Positions 7,366 through 17,689 of a stretch of DNA of 35,319 nt are shown piece after piece. Where the stretch lies: assembly GCA_964551845.1 (NCBI GenBank), contig CAZKER010000283.1, forward strand, positions 1 through 35,319, given 5' to 3'. Positions within the stretch are counted from its first letter, which is position 1; the number at the start of each line of letters is the position of its first letter. Source of the stretch: an uncultured Cyanobium sp. GTDB taxonomy: Bacteria > Cyanobacteriota > Cyanobacteriia > PCC-6307 > Cyanobiaceae. Position numbers and translations under genes: made by a program. The notes under the pieces were generated by a model that saw only the letters and a list, made by a program, of their open reading frames with translations, was not told the DNA's origin and made no database searches.

Positions 7366-8464
7366 AGCGTCCCAATTCCTGTCGCAAGGCCCGCAGGATC
7401 CGGCAGTTGTTGCGGTGGCTCTGGTAGCCAATCCGCAGCCAGTTTTCCCCCAGCCCCTCGAAAGATCGGCAATCGCGCAACAGGATGTGGTGGCGCTGCT
7501 CTAGGGCTTGGCGCAACGGCACTAACGAGTGCTCAGCGCGGATCAGCAGGAAGTTTGCGGCTGAAGGCAGCGGCGTAATGCCGGGCAGCTGGGCCAACTG
7601 AGACTGCAGCCAGGCACCCTCACGGGCGGTCCAGCGCTGCGCCCTACTGCACCAGCGCCGGTAGGCCACCGGATCATGCAACAGCCGCTCACCCACAGCC
7701 GCGGCCAGGCCATTGACTGGCCAGGGATCGCGCCAAGCGGCCCAGCGGGCCAAGCGCTCGGGGTGGCCAAGGGCATAACCAAGACGCAGTCCCGCAATGC
7801 CGTAAAGCTTGGTGAGGCTGCGGATCACCACCAGGTTGGGGTGAGCCTGCACCAGCGGGATCAAACTCTGGACCTCGCCGCCCGGAACCAGCGGCAGGAA
7901 GGCCTCATCGGCGATCACCAGGGCAAAGCGCTGCAGCAGGGGCTCCAGAGACGCCCGACTCCAGAGCGCACCGGTGGGGTTGTGGGGATTGGTGATCCAA
8001 AGCACCTCGCCAGCTGGCGGGGAAGGAAACAGCTGCGCAACAGAGCCGGCCTGCAACGGCAGCGCTTGGGTCCGCCAGGCGCCATCCCAGCAGGCGAGAG
8101 CCCGAGGGTAATCAGCAAAGCCCGGCACGGGCAGCACGCTCAACCCGGTGGCCGTTGCGTCGCGTGCTGCCCAAGTGAACAATTCCGCAGCCCCGTTCCC
8201 CGGTAGCAGCGAATCGGGCTCGAGCCCATGCAGGCGGCCCAGCCCCGCTCGCAGCCCGGCGTAATGGCGATCTGGATAGGCCCGAAGCGACTCCCCATAG
8301 CCAGCGCCGAGAGCAGCCCACAACAGCGGGCCGCGCACGACCCAGGGCGGCCCGAAGGGCACCAGCGAAGCGCTGGCGTCCAGCAGCTGGGAAGGCCGGC
8401 AACCCAGGCGAGCGGCGTTAGCGGCCAGGTTGCCGCCATGGCGCTCAGAAAGTGGCATCGGCAT
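7289..8464 (-). CDS. cobD: L-threonine-O-3-phosphate decarboxylase (cobalamin synthesis; class I/II PLP aminotransferase; CobD, also called CobC)
   Basis: HGGN, DASAS, YPD, GNGAAEL, NPHNPTG, DEAF, RSLTKLYGIAGLRLGY, ANFLL, RDCRSFEGL. Confidence 0.85.
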   Translation of the reverse strand: MPMPLSERHGGNLAANAARLGCRPSQLLDASASLVPFGPPWVVRGPLLWAALGAGYGESLRAYPDRHYAGLRAGLGRLHGLEPDSLLPGNGAAELFTWAARDATATGLSVLPVPGFADYPRALACWDGAWRTQALPLQAGSVAQLFPSPPAGEVLWITNPHNPTGALWSRASLEPLLQRFALVIADEAFLPLVPGGEVQSLIPLVQAHPNLVVIRSLTKLYGIAGLRLGYALGHPERLARWAAWRDPWPVNGLAAAVGERLLHDPVAYRRWCSRAQRWTAREGAWLQSQLAQLPGITPLPSAANFLLIRAEHSLVPLRQALEQRHHILLRDCRSFEGLGENWLRIGYQSHRNNCRILRALRQELGRFSSDSGLAEIRPGCSEPNTRSDVPG

Positions 8465-8536
8465 GGCCGAAACTTAATTGCCTGGAGAGTGCGCGAAACC
8501 CCTGAGCTATAAGGCGTAGGAAAGGAAACGAGTGCC

Positions 8537-9388
8537 ATGCCAAGCCGCATCTCGCGTCCTGCATTGCCAAGTAGAGGCAGCCTACTGAGCACCGCCGCCA
8601 GCTTTTTAGCTGCTGTTACCTGGATTTCGCCGGCGGCCGTCAAAGCGGATTCCCTCCACTTATTGAAACTGCTAGATACCCGCAGCTGCCGCGGCTGCAA
8701 GCTGCAGGATGCCGATCTAGTGCACGCGGATCTGCGCGATGCCGATCTGCGCCAAGCCCAGCTGCAGCGGGCCAATCTGGGCCAGGCTCGCCTGGATGGT
8801 GCCCAGCTCAGCGGTGCCAATCTGAGCTTCACAAGCTTGATGGGAGCCTCCCTGCGCGGTGCCGATCTACGCGGTGCCCAACTGGAAGGCACCGACCTTC
8901 GCCAGGCGGACCTCAGCGGAGCATTGCTTGATCCCGGTGCCCTATCCCGCAGCCACTGGCAGCAGGCCACAGGCATCGAATCCGTACAACTGAGCTATGG
9001 CGAATTACACAACGCTGGAGCGGAAGCGGCGCAGCAGGGCCGCTATCCCGAAGCCGAACAATTCTTTAGTGCTGCGATTAGGAAGGAACCTTCAGCCGCG
9101 ATCAGCTGGGTAGCCAGGGGAATCTGTCGTAGCGAACAGGGCAAAACTGAGCTCGCCGCCAGCGATTTCAACTACGCCTCTAACCTTTATGCCCAAGGAG
9201 GCGAACAAGAACAGGCGGCTCAGTTGAAGCAGGCTGCCCAGAGGGTAGTGGCCTCTAGCGAAAAAGACAGCGCAAAAGACAGTGCAAAAGGAAATGGCGC
9301 AGGTAGCAAAGCTCTTAGTGGCGCGTTGAGCACACTTCAATTCCTGGTGCCGATTGCTGCCAAAGCCTTTCTACCGATGGGTTTCTGA
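8537..9388 (+). CDS. Pentapeptide-repeat protein with C-terminal TPR region
   Basis: Signal peptide, CRGC, then A(D/N)LxG/x pentapeptide repeats. TPR-like helices GRYPEAEQFFSAAIRKEP...ARGICRSEQGK. Confidence 0.9.
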   Translation: MPSRISRPALPSRGSLLSTAASFLAAVTWISPAAVKADSLHLLKLLDTRSCRGCKLQDADLVHADLRDADLRQAQLQRANLGQARLDGAQLSGANLSFTSLMGASLRGADLRGAQLEGTDLRQADLSGALLDPGALSRSHWQQATGIESVQLSYGELHNAGAEAAQQGRYPEAEQFFSAAIRKEPSAAISWVARGICRSEQGKTELAASDFNYASNLYAQGGEQEQAAQLKQAAQRVVASSEKDSAKDSAKGNGAGSKALSGALSTLQFLVPIAAKAFLPMGF

Positions 9389-9557
9389 TCTGAACAAAGG
9401 GCTCGAGCAAAGCTCCTGAGCTACATCACAGATCTTAACTCTGGCGAGATCGTCCAGCAACACCCCGTTTTAGCCACCACTGGGCTGAAGCTTCAAACGG
9501 CCGAGAGAGACTGGTGCAGCGGGAGCATGTAGCGGCATTGCTTGCTAACTCTTGGAC

Positions 9558-11774
9558 TCAATAGCCCGCAGCACCCATGAAAGTCTGCGCTTGAGAAGAT
9601 GAGGGCTGGTAGCCATAACCGAAAACACCTCCCTCAACATCATTTACAATTTTAGGCGATACCATAATTACTAATTCGCGTTTCTCGCGACGAGTCCCGC
9701 TGGAACGGAAAAGCGAACCAACGAGAGGGATATCACCCAAGATCGGCCACTTACTCACTTCAGCACGATCGAATTCGGAAATTACGCCGGTCAGGATTAA
9801 AGTTTGCCCGTCACGCACGCGTAAAGCGCCCGTATCCAAGCGACGAACACTCAGAATATCAATATTTCCGCAGCCAGGCACAGGCTCCCTGTCCGTGACG
9901 GCAGAAATACTTGGAGACAAGGCAAATGTAACAAATCCATTGTCATCAATTTTCTCAATACGGGCTCCAAGCACTAGGCCGGCAGTCGAAAGCGTCGGCT
10001 GACAAGTAAGAATATTGCTAGCCCCAGCGGAGTTGGCTGAGTTATTTACTTGATACTGAGTAATTACATTTGTTCCAACTCTGACCACTCCTTCATTGGC
10101 GCGGCGGCGGCCAATCGGGGAGTCAATATTGTATTCGTCAAGAGACCCAGGCCGTGATGAGCCAGATCCACCCCCCTCAATCCGAAGCTCAGCAGGATTT
10201 TCCTGTAAAATCAACGTGGGGCTGGCAATAAGCTTTGTACTTTGGGAAATGATTTGGGCCCGAAGAAAATCATAGAATTGATCCTTGGGGTAATTCAAGC
10301 CTGGATTTAAATTGACTCCACTAAATCCAGTCAAAGAACTATAGGTGGGCGGCAGATTATTGCCAAAGGCTCCCAAAAGCTTGCCGCTATCATTGACAAT
10401 AAAGTTATTGCCCCACCGAATTGCAAAACTATTTGCCATTGTTGCATCATTGTCGAGATTTACATCTAAAATCTTCACCGATAATGCAACTTGCCGCTGC
10501 CGAAGATCAAGCTGCCGCAAGTATCCTTCGGCAACCAAAACGATACCCGGATCTCCAACAAGAGTTATCGTTCCAAGACGCGTATCAGTGGTAGCCCTAA
10601 GGCCAAGCAGCGGCCCTGTCGATGCTCCATATGCCTCTACGGTGGTCTGAGTTTGTGACTGGGTTGTCTGGGAATTTGCCCCAGAAGAAACAGCCTCTCC
10701 CTGAGAAACCCCGTGAGTAACAGAAGTGGCAATCGTATTAGTCTTGGTTACAGATGCGCCAAGATTGGCAAGATAATCAGCGGCCGCATTGGGGCCAACC
10801 TGATTTAGCCTATAAACTTTAGACAATTGAGCGCCAAAACTCTTATTCAGAGCATTGGGCCCAGCAAAAATCATGTTACCTTCTGTTTTTCCCTGAAAGC
10901 CAGCTGCCAGCAACGTTGAGTTAAGCGCTCTTGAGTAGCTCTCCCCTCGAAAAGAGATCGATACAGTGCGTGTTCCTGCGTTCGAAGGTGTGCCCGCCTG
11001 TTGAGAACCCAAAACTGCTGCATCTTCAACAAAAACAAATCCGTACCCGCCAATCTGAGCTAATGCCATCAAGGCATCCTTAGCTGGCGCGTTCTTAAGC
11101 GTCATGGTGACCGGGGGACCGCTCACATTGACGTAGCCAGGATTCCTCAGGGTCATGGTGCCCACAGCCATATCGCCCAGCGGCGGAGCTACTGCTCTGG
11201 CCTGCAACGGGGGCGCATAGGTAGGTAGCGGCACCGCGCCCGGCTGACTCAGATCAAGGCGATTGGTCTGTATGGAGGCTTGAGGTGCCGTGGGAAAAGC
11301 AAGGATCAAGTTCAGTCCATCCGCACTGACTACGGGTCGAGCCAATGGGACCCCAGGCATTGGGGTAACTGACAGGCTGTAGCTACTGCCCGATCCGTCC
11401 AGGCTTACCGACCGAATTCCCAATTCCGGCAACGAAATGCGCTGCGAGCCGGACCGCAGGCCGGTAGGACTAGCTGTAAGTAGCTGACCCTGCCAGCCAT
11501 TGCTCTGCATCGACTGCTGCAACTGGGGACCGGCGCCAACCCCCAGCAACACCAGCTCAACTGCATTGCCCAGGCGACGCACCTGCAGCTGGATCGGCCC
11601 CGCCGCTACACCAGTGGGGCCACGAAAGGAGGAGTCTTGACCGGTGGCAGACGTTGGAGCACCTGCGGCGGATTGGCGAGGGCCAGCCTGGCCAGCTACG
11701 TCAAAAAGGACAAAATTCGGAAGTACTACTGCCGCAGCCGCCATAACAAGACGGCGCCCAAATTCGCTGCCCAA
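9558..11774 (-). CDS. pilQ: Type IV pilus secretin
   Basis: QLDLRQRQVALSVKILDV, VRDGQTLILTGVI, KWPILGDIPLVGSLFR, RELVIMVSPKI. Last gene of the pilMNOQ cluster. Start uncertain (11774 TTG or 11744 ATG). Confidence 0.9.
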   Translation of the reverse strand: MGSEFGRRLVMAAAAVVLPNFVLFDVAGQAGPRQSAAGAPTSATGQDSSFRGPTGVAAGPIQLQVRRLGNAVELVLLGVGAGPQLQQSMQSNGWQGQLLTASPTGLRSGSQRISLPELGIRSVSLDGSGSSYSLSVTPMPGVPLARPVVSADGLNLILAFPTAPQASIQTNRLDLSQPGAVPLPTYAPPLQARAVAPPLGDMAVGTMTLRNPGYVNVSGPPVTMTLKNAPAKDALMALAQIGGYGFVFVEDAAVLGSQQAGTPSNAGTRTVSISFRGESYSRALNSTLLAAGFQGKTEGNMIFAGPNALNKSFGAQLSKVYRLNQVGPNAAADYLANLGASVTKTNTIATSVTHGVSQGEAVSSGANSQTTQSQTQTTVEAYGASTGPLLGLRATTDTRLGTITLVGDPGIVLVAEGYLRQLDLRQRQVALSVKILDVNLDNDATMANSFAIRWGNNFIVNDSGKLLGAFGNNLPPTYSSLTGFSGVNLNPGLNYPKDQFYDFLRAQIISQSTKLIASPTLILQENPAELRIEGGGSGSSRPGSLDEYNIDSPIGRRRANEGVVRVGTNVITQYQVNNSANSAGASNILTCQPTLSTAGLVLGARIEKIDDNGFVTFALSPSISAVTDREPVPGCGNIDILSVRRLDTGALRVRDGQTLILTGVISEFDRAEVSKWPILGDIPLVGSLFRSSGTRREKRELVIMVSPKIVNDVEGGVFGYGYQPSSSQAQTFMGAAGY

Positions 11775-11887
11775 TGTTCAAAATACAAATTTGCAAAGAT
11801 CTTACCGAAACAATTTCTAAAAAGCCAGGGCAGCCAAGGAGGTCAGCGATCTAGCAATTAGCCCCTAGACGCCACAGACGAGGACGC

Positions 11888-12571
11888 CTAAGTATCGCCT
11901 GAATAGTAGTAAGTCAAAACCAGTTTCACCTCGGTTTTTGCTGCTGCTGGAGAGATCGCCGGCTGAGTAGCTGCCTTAGGTGGCTCCACAACAGCCAGAG
12001 ACAAGTTGCTCAGGGACACCAAAACAGTCAGCTTTTCAGTGGCACGTAAGAACGCCAACAGGTCGGGATAGGCCCCCCGGGCCGTTAGCAAAACCTTCTG
12101 GGCTTTCAGACCGGCCGCCTCAAGGGGTGACTGGGACGCTGGCGCCGGCTGATCACCCTGCAGGGCCTTCTTCTTCGCACCCCCAGATGGCGGCGGCAGT
12201 ACCGCCACCGGCTCATACAAATGCAGCTGAACCCCCTGGCGGCTCGCCTCACGATCCAGCTGGGCCAGAAATGTAACCAACTCGCCACTGCTTTCGATCA
12301 GCTGCAATACCTGGCGCTGCTTGCGCTCCGCCGTGCTCCGGGTTTCCGCAGCTTTGGCGATTTGGGACCGCAGCAGGGGGATGCGGGCCTTGATCTCCTC
12401 AAGCTGAGCCAGCCGTTCACTATTTGCCTGCAACTTCAGCCACTGGGGAACCACCCCGACACCCAGCATCAAAACCGCCAGCACCGCCCCCACGCCAATC
12501 GGCACCGCCAATAGCAACTGCTGCTGCAATCGGGCGGCATGGCGATCAGCCCCATCCTGAAGATTGGTCAT
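11888..12571 (-). CDS. pilO: Type IV pilus assembly protein PilO-like
   Basis: N-terminal TM, coiled coil, FLAQLD...LYEP, ARGAYPDLLAFLRATEKL. Lies between pilN and pilQ. Confidence 0.75.
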   Translation of the reverse strand: MTNLQDGADRHAARLQQQLLLAVPIGVGAVLAVLMLGVGVVPQWLKLQANSERLAQLEEIKARIPLLRSQIAKAAETRSTAERKQRQVLQLIESSGELVTFLAQLDREASRQGVQLHLYEPVAVLPPPSGGAKKKALQGDQPAPASQSPLEAAGLKAQKVLLTARGAYPDLLAFLRATEKLTVLVSLSNLSLAVVEPPKAATQPAISPAAAKTEVKLVLTYYYSGDT

Positions 12572-13275
12572 CAGAGCAAGCCCTCCTGTTGCAGCAGATT
12601 CAGACGGCGTACCAAGCCCTCCGCTCCAAGCTGGGTGAGAATCTGTTTCTCTGCTAGAGGACTGATCGGTGGACGAAAGTTAACCAGAAGCTCAAAACTG
12701 ACCGGTCCGGATCCGGACGCATTGGCCTCAGCAACACCCCGAGACGCTTTGACCAAAGTGACGGCATTGGGATCAACCAAAGGGGATCGCTTCAACTGCA
12801 GCTGAAAAGCATTGATACGGGCAAAGGCCTGGGGATCCCGAGACACCCCCTTGAGCCGATAGCCATTCCCCTCTTCCGTCGCAGCGGTGAGTTGAACACC
12901 TTCCGGCACCCGCAGCTGCAGATCACGCATCAGCGCCGATCCGGAGCGAACTGCAATCAGCCCCTTGACCAAATCCGCATTGGCTTTCTCCACCCCCTTG
13001 AGCTTGCCCCGCGCAGACATGAGCTGGGTTTCAAACAACTGGACCTCCGCCTCCACCACGCCGAGACGATCCACCTCAGCGCTCACCATCAGGGAACGCA
13101 GCACCACAAGCACAACCGCCCCCAACGAGATCCCGATCAGCGCGGTGCCGATCGCCAGGCCCTGCACCAGCCGCTGACGCCCCAGTGCGGCAACCTGGAC
13201 GGGATCCGGCAGGTTCAATTCCTGACGTTTTTCACGCAGGAGGTCGAACTGGGTGGTGATCGGCCTCGACTTCAC
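12571..13275 (-). CDS. pilN: Type IV pilus assembly protein PilN
   Basis: FDLLRE N-terminal motif, TM, coiled coil, SALMRDLQLRVPEGVQL, INAFQLQLKRSPL. Translationally coupled to neighbours. Confidence 0.82.
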   Translation of the reverse strand: MKSRPITTQFDLLREKRQELNLPDPVQVAALGRQRLVQGLAIGTALIGISLGAVVLVVLRSLMVSAEVDRLGVVEAEVQLFETQLMSARGKLKGVEKANADLVKGLIAVRSGSALMRDLQLRVPEGVQLTAATEEGNGYRLKGVSRDPQAFARINAFQLQLKRSPLVDPNAVTLVKASRGVAEANASGSGPVSFELLVNFRPPISPLAEKQILTQLGAEGLVRRLNLLQQEGLL

Positions 13276-14150
13276 TGGACCAGCTCCAAGGTGGCCAGGC
13301 CCTGCAAGCAGAGAGAACCAAAGCCATCTCGATCGACCAGCTCGGCCTCCAACCCAAGCGCCTGCTCCAATGACACCCGATCCTCCAGTGGTGCAGCGAG
13401 CAGCAACCTCACCGGCGCCTGGGGAGCCTGCAGGTTTCGATAGAAATCCAGGCTCTGTTTCAAGGCCGGAATCAAATCAACCATCGGCCCAGGCAGCATC
13501 CGCTCAAACTCGGGCACTCCCTGGTTCCACACAATCAGATTGGTTTGCTGATCTAGCGGCTGCAACAGCACCAGGGTGCCTGCGGGGGTGGCCGCCAGCT
13601 CGTCGCGAATGCCCCACATAATGCACAACTGCGAGGGCAGCAAGTGCTGCAGGGTGCAGCCAGCAATCGCAAACACCTCCACCCAGGCATCCACCACCGA
13701 GCGTTCCGCTGCAATCACCAACGAGCTATTGGAAAGGCCCGGCAGAGGCTGCACATCCAGATAGGCCTGCTCCAGTGAAAAGGGCCAGCCCAGATCAGGA
13801 TTCAGCGCGCGCAGGTCGTCGACGGAGTCTCCCGGCTCTTGGCCGGCCTGCCAATCCACCACCCGCCAATGGGACGACTGCCAGGGCAGGGACACCACCA
13901 GCTGGGCATCCATCACCCCGTACTCCAGCAGCAGGTCGCCCAGAAAATCCCCGACCGCATCCTTGAGTTGCGGCACCCCATCGCGGCAGGTCAGCGCCGG
14001 AATCGGCGCGGTCCAAATCGGCTCCAGAGGCTTACCACGCTTCACCGTCTGAGCAATCACCAACTGCTCAGATAGATCAATCATCACCAGCTTTGGAAAG
14101 AGCTGGGCACGGAGGGGGCGCCAGGTGTTTTGGAGTCCCGCCAGTACCAA
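13272..14150 (-). CDS. pilM: Type IV pilus assembly protein PilM-like (divergent)
   Basis: First gene of cluster. PFSLEQAYLDVQ, GVPEFER, LKQSLDFY and terminal GLA pattern resemble PilM. Confidence 0.65.
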   Translation of the reverse strand: MVLAGLQNTWRPLRAQLFPKLVMIDLSEQLVIAQTVKRGKPLEPIWTAPIPALTCRDGVPQLKDAVGDFLGDLLLEYGVMDAQLVVSLPWQSSHWRVVDWQAGQEPGDSVDDLRALNPDLGWPFSLEQAYLDVQPLPGLSNSSLVIAAERSVVDAWVEVFAIAGCTLQHLLPSQLCIMWGIRDELAATPAGTLVLLQPLDQQTNLIVWNQGVPEFERMLPGPMVDLIPALKQSLDFYRNLQAPQAPVRLLLAAPLEDRVSLEQALGLEAELVDRDGFGSLCLQGLATLELVQ

Positions 14151-14186
14151 GATGTGGGTCCTTTTTCAGGAAAACTTACCGAACTT

Positions 14187-15371
14187 TCAACGCCAGACCA
14201 GACCTGAACCCACGGCTTCGCCGATATGACTCAGGCCATGTCGATCCAGCTGGGACGCCAAGCCTTCAAGAATTTGGGGCACCAAGACCGGCCCGCCGTA
14301 GATCCAGCCGGTATAGAGCTGCACGAGCGAGGCGCCTGCGCTGATTCGCTCCCAGGCTGTCTGTGCCGAATCAATCCCGCCTACGCCAATCAGGGGTAGG
14401 GCGGGGCCCGCCGTGGCCCGCAGCCGGCGCAGCACCTCGAGGGCCCGGCCCCGTAGCGGCGCTCCGCTGAGGCCGCCGGCCTCCTCGGCCAGGGTGCGGC
14501 CCGTCTGCACCAGGCGCCGCTGCTCCAGACCAAGGCGGTGCAGGCTGGTGTTCACGGCGATCACGCCGGCCAGGCCCTCCTCGTAGGCCATGCGGGCGAT
14601 CGCATCAATGGCATCGTCTTCCAGATCCGGCGCGATCTTCACCAGCAGCGGCGGGCAGGCCGGCAGCCGCCGCAGCCGCTCCACCAGACGCCGCAGCAGG
14701 GTTTCCTCCTGCAGCTCCCGCAAGCCCGGAGTATTGGGAGAGCTCACATTGATCACGGCGTAATCGGCCAGGGAAGCGAGTAGCTCCAGGGAGGAGGCGT
14801 AGTCGTCCGGGGCCAGCTCCAGGGAGGTGATCTTGGATTTACCCAGGTTGATACCCAGCACGGCTGGGCGCTGGCCCGGGGCCGGCAGCTGCTGGCGCTC
14901 CAGGGTGCGGCGTAACACCTGGGCGCCGCCGTTGTTGAACCCCATGCGGTTGAGCGCCGCCCGCTCGGCCGCCAGCCGGAACAGCCGCGGCTTGGGATTG
15001 CCCGGCTGGCCATGCCAGGTAACCGTGCCCAACTCGGCAAAGCCAAAACCAAATAGATGCCAGATCCCTGCTGCCACACCGTTTTTGTCAAATCCGGCCG
15101 CCAAGCCCACCGGGTTAGCGAAGCGGCAGCCAAACAGGGTTTGCTCCAACCGTGGATCGGGGCGTTGCAACTCGGCGGCCAGGCCCGCCAAGGCGCCACT
15201 CACCAAGGGCCAATGGCGCCGCAAAGAGGCCTGAGCCAGGGCCGTGAGGGTGAGCTGGCTGAGCTGCTCGGCGTCGGCGCCGTCATCCCGGCTAAGCAGC
15301 GGTCCCACAAGCCGCCCGTACAAGGCCTCGGTGCTGCTACCAAACCTGCTCGATGAGCCTGAATCCACCAT
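14187..15371 (-). CDS. pyrD: Dihydroorotate dehydrogenase (quinone, class 2)
   Basis: [66 protein letters not shown]. Start re-assigned to ATG 15371. Confidence 0.96.
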   Translation of the reverse strand: MVDSGSSSRFGSSTEALYGRLVGPLLSRDDGADAEQLSQLTLTALAQASLRRHWPLVSGALAGLAAELQRPDPRLEQTLFGCRFANPVGLAAGFDKNGVAAGIWHLFGFGFAELGTVTWHGQPGNPKPRLFRLAAERAALNRMGFNNGGAQVLRRTLERQQLPAPGQRPAVLGINLGKSKITSLELAPDDYASSLELLASLADYAVINVSSPNTPGLRELQEETLLRRLVERLRRLPACPPLLVKIAPDLEDDAIDAIARMAYEEGLAGVIAVNTSLHRLGLEQRRLVQTGRTLAEEAGGLSGAPLRGRALEVLRRLRATAGPALPLIGVGGIDSAQTAWERISAGASLVQLYTGWIYGGPVLVPQILEGLASQLDRHGLSHIGEAVGSGLVWR

Positions 15372-15381
15372 CAGCCGCCGC

Positions 15382-16170
15382 CTACTCCCGCGCGCCCAAT
15401 CCTCCCTCGTCCCGTTGCAAACGCCAGCGCCCTCCTTCCAAGGGCAGCACCTGCCAGTCGCGCCAACGCCAGGGCCCACTGCGGCGCTCCAGCTGCTGCA
15501 GGGGCTGCTCCACCAGCTGGGCAAGCTCCACCAGGCTGAGGCCATAGCCCTGGACAGCGAAGCGATCGGCCAGCTCACAGCGGCTGAGCAGCTGCTGCAG
15601 GAGCGCCGGCGCCGGGTCGGCAATCTCTGGGCTGGGTACGGAGGCGGGCACAACGGAGGGAACATCGGCTTCGATCCGGGCGGTGGCGATCACCTCGCCA
15701 GCGGCCATGGCCGGCATCTGCCCCTTGGAAAAGGCCACAGCAATCGCATCACAGCGGTCGTTGTCTGGGTCACCGCTGTGACCCTTGACATGCACCAGCG
15801 ACACCCCCTCAAGCCGGGCCTGGTCCAGCTGCTCCCATAGATCCCGATTGAGCACAGCCCCGCCGGAGGCCGTACGCCAGCCCTTGCGCTTCCAGCCCTG
15901 GATCCACTTGCTGAAACCGTCGATCAGATAGCGGCTGTCGGTGCGGATGCTGAGCTGGGCAGGGCGGGGCAGCTCCTTGATGGCCTCCAGCAAGGCCAGG
16001 GCTGCGGTGAGCTCCATGCGGTTGTTGGTGGTAGCGCGGTCGGCGCCGCCCATCTCGTGCACCGAGCCATCCTCGAAGCGCAGCAAGGCGCCCCAACCGC
16101 CCGGACCTGGGTTGCCACTGCAGGCACCATCACAGGCCGCAGCCACCACTTTCACCGGCTTAGCCGCCAC
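15382..16170 (-). CDS. rnhA: Ribonuclease HI with cyanobacterial C-terminal extension
   Basis: [45 protein letters not shown]. Confidence 0.95.
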   Translation of the reverse strand: MAAKPVKVVAAACDGACSGNPGPGGWGALLRFEDGSVHEMGGADRATTNNRMELTAALALLEAIKELPRPAQLSIRTDSRYLIDGFSKWIQGWKRKGWRTASGGAVLNRDLWEQLDQARLEGVSLVHVKGHSGDPDNDRCDAIAVAFSKGQMPAMAAGEVIATARIEADVPSVVPASVPSPEIADPAPALLQQLLSRCELADRFAVQGYGLSLVELAQLVEQPLQQLERRSGPWRWRDWQVLPLEGGRWRLQRDEGGLGARE

Positions 16171-16226
16171 TAGACAACCCTCGAAAATTCGCTAAGAACA
16201 CATTTGCCTGCTTGCTGTGCCCCGCC

Positions 16227-16970
16227 ATGGACCCATTCAAACCGGGCCTGCCCATGGATTCAACAGCCAGACGAACCTACCGTCCCTGGCGAAGGGCCGT
16301 GCTGGCAGGAGCCGCCCTGGCCGCCCTAACCCCCTGGGCAGAGGCCTCTAATCTGTTCAATAGCCGGCCCCTCGATGCCAGCAACTTCGCTGTGCTGGCC
16401 AGGCCCCTGGGACGCAGCGACTGGAACCTGCTGGTGCTTGAGCAGATCAGGCCCCAACCCCGCTGCTGGGAAGAGCGACCCGACGGTCTGATCGATCCCG
16501 CCCTCAACCGCTTCAACTTCACCGGCATCTGCAGCCGCTACCTCGACAGCAACGGCTACTCCCTGCGCGTCGGCGACCAGGATCTGGCCAATCGCTACCG
16601 GCTGCAGCTGCGCCAGAGCGGCAACGAACTGCAACTGCAGGCCAGCACCCCCAGCGACTCCACCACCCTGGTGGTTGCACGCGCCCAGGTGCCCCTGCGG
16701 GATCGGGATGGGTTCGTGGCCCTGAAACTCGAACCCGGCTGGGACCTGCAACGCCGCACCTTTGGTGAGCAGACCCTCAGCCACTTGTACTTCGCCAACG
16801 CTGCACCCCTGCCCCAGCTGCTTGCCACAGCAAGCGGTAACGCGCAACCAGTCCCCAGGACTCGGGGCGCGATCACCACCCTGCAACCGCCGGTTGCCCC
16901 TCCCAGCCTGCTCGCCCAGGGGATGGGTCAGGGACCAATCCGATTACCCGTGGTCCCCTTTAGCGAGTGA
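16227..16970 (+). CDS. Cyanobacterial exported protein, DUF3747-like
   Basis: LLVLEQI...CW...DPALNRFNFTGICSRYLDSNGYSLR, GFVALKLEPGW...LSHLYF. Start uncertain (16227 or 16254). Confidence 0.75.
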   Translation: MDPFKPGLPMDSTARRTYRPWRRAVLAGAALAALTPWAEASNLFNSRPLDASNFAVLARPLGRSDWNLLVLEQIRPQPRCWEERPDGLIDPALNRFNFTGICSRYLDSNGYSLRVGDQDLANRYRLQLRQSGNELQLQASTPSDSTTLVVARAQVPLRDRDGFVALKLEPGWDLQRRTFGEQTLSHLYFANAAPLPQLLATASGNAQPVPRTRGAITTLQPPVAPPSLLAQGMGQGPIRLPVVPFSE

Positions 16971-16979
16971 GGCCAGGAG

Positions 16980-17010
16980 GCCAGTTGCCGGAGGGTGCCA
17001 GTTGCCGGAG
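16980..17010. repeat. 14-bp direct repeat GCCAGTTGCCGGAG x2 (17-bp period)
   Basis: Copies at 16980-16993 and 16997-17010. Confidence 0.85.
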
Positions 17011-17059
17011 AGTCCCAGTCCACCTAGCTGACGCCAAAGCCTGCCATTAAGTTTCTGGG

Positions 17060-17153
17060 GTGTGAGGAGTGGGAACGCTCTTCCGGGGTCGAAACGAGGA
17101 CAGACTCCCAGAATCGTTCCAACTCAGAGCCCTGCCTTCGGCGGGGCTTTTTT
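17060..17153 (+). ncRNA. Yfr2-family-like small RNA
   Basis: -10-like TAAGTT at 17048-17053. 5' end GTGTGAGGAG. Long stem (GGAACG/CGTTCC, TTC/GAA, GGGGTC/GACTCC) with loop GAAACGAGGACA. Ends in an intrinsic terminator. Family assignment is from recalled Yfr2 motifs. Confidence 0.7.
17128..17153 (+). terminator. Intrinsic terminator of the sRNA
   Basis: AGCCCTGCC-TTC-GGCGGGGCT followed by TTTTT. Confidence 0.85.
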
Positions 17154-17170
17154 ATTGGTTACTCCCCATT

Positions 17171-17197
17171 AAAAAACCGGCCCTGGAAGGGGCCGGT
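17171..17197 (-). terminator. Intrinsic terminator of rplJL
   Basis: Minus strand ACCGGCCC-CTTCCA-GGGCCGGT followed by TTTTT. Confidence 0.85.
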
Positions 17198-17255
17198 CTG
17201 GTAGCAACGAATGACGTTGACAGGAAGGTGATAGAGCCCCGAAGGGCCCAAGCGA

Positions 17256-17639
17256 TCACTTGATCGACACCTTGCCGCCAACCTCTTCCACAGCCTTTTT
17301 GATGGTTTCGGCTTCGCCTTTGGCGATGCCTTCCTTGATGGCGCAGGGAGCGCTTTCCACCAGGGCCTTGGCTTCGCCCAGGCCGAGGCCGGTGACTTCG
17401 CGGACGGCCTTAAGAACCTTGATCTTGGCAGCGGCGTCAAAGCTGTCGAGCATGACGTCGAATTCGGTCTGTTCCTCGACGGCTTCAGCAGCAGCAGCGG
17501 GGGCTGCGGCCATCATCACACCGGCGGAAGCAGCGGCAGACACACCGAAAGCCTCTTCGATCTGCTTAACGAGCTCGGAAGCTTCAAGCAGGGAAAGAGT
17601 CTTGAGTGACTCGAGAATTTGGTCGGTTGTAGCGGACAT
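17256..17639 (-). CDS. rplL: 50S ribosomal protein L7/L12
   Basis: [51 protein letters not shown]. Confidence 0.99.
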   Translation of the reverse strand: MSATTDQILESLKTLSLLEASELVKQIEEAFGVSAAASAGVMMAAAPAAAAEAVEEQTEFDVMLDSFDAAAKIKVLKAVREVTGLGLGEAKALVESAPCAIKEGIAKGEAETIKKAVEEVGGKVSIK

Positions 17640-17689
17640 GGTTGAGAATCAGCAACAGATCTGTTTGTGAACAGTCGGATCGGGGGAGC

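Noticed and set aside
9262..9291. 12-bp repeat (KDSA x2) in the pentapeptide/TPR gene
   Set aside because: Trivial low-complexity linker duplication.
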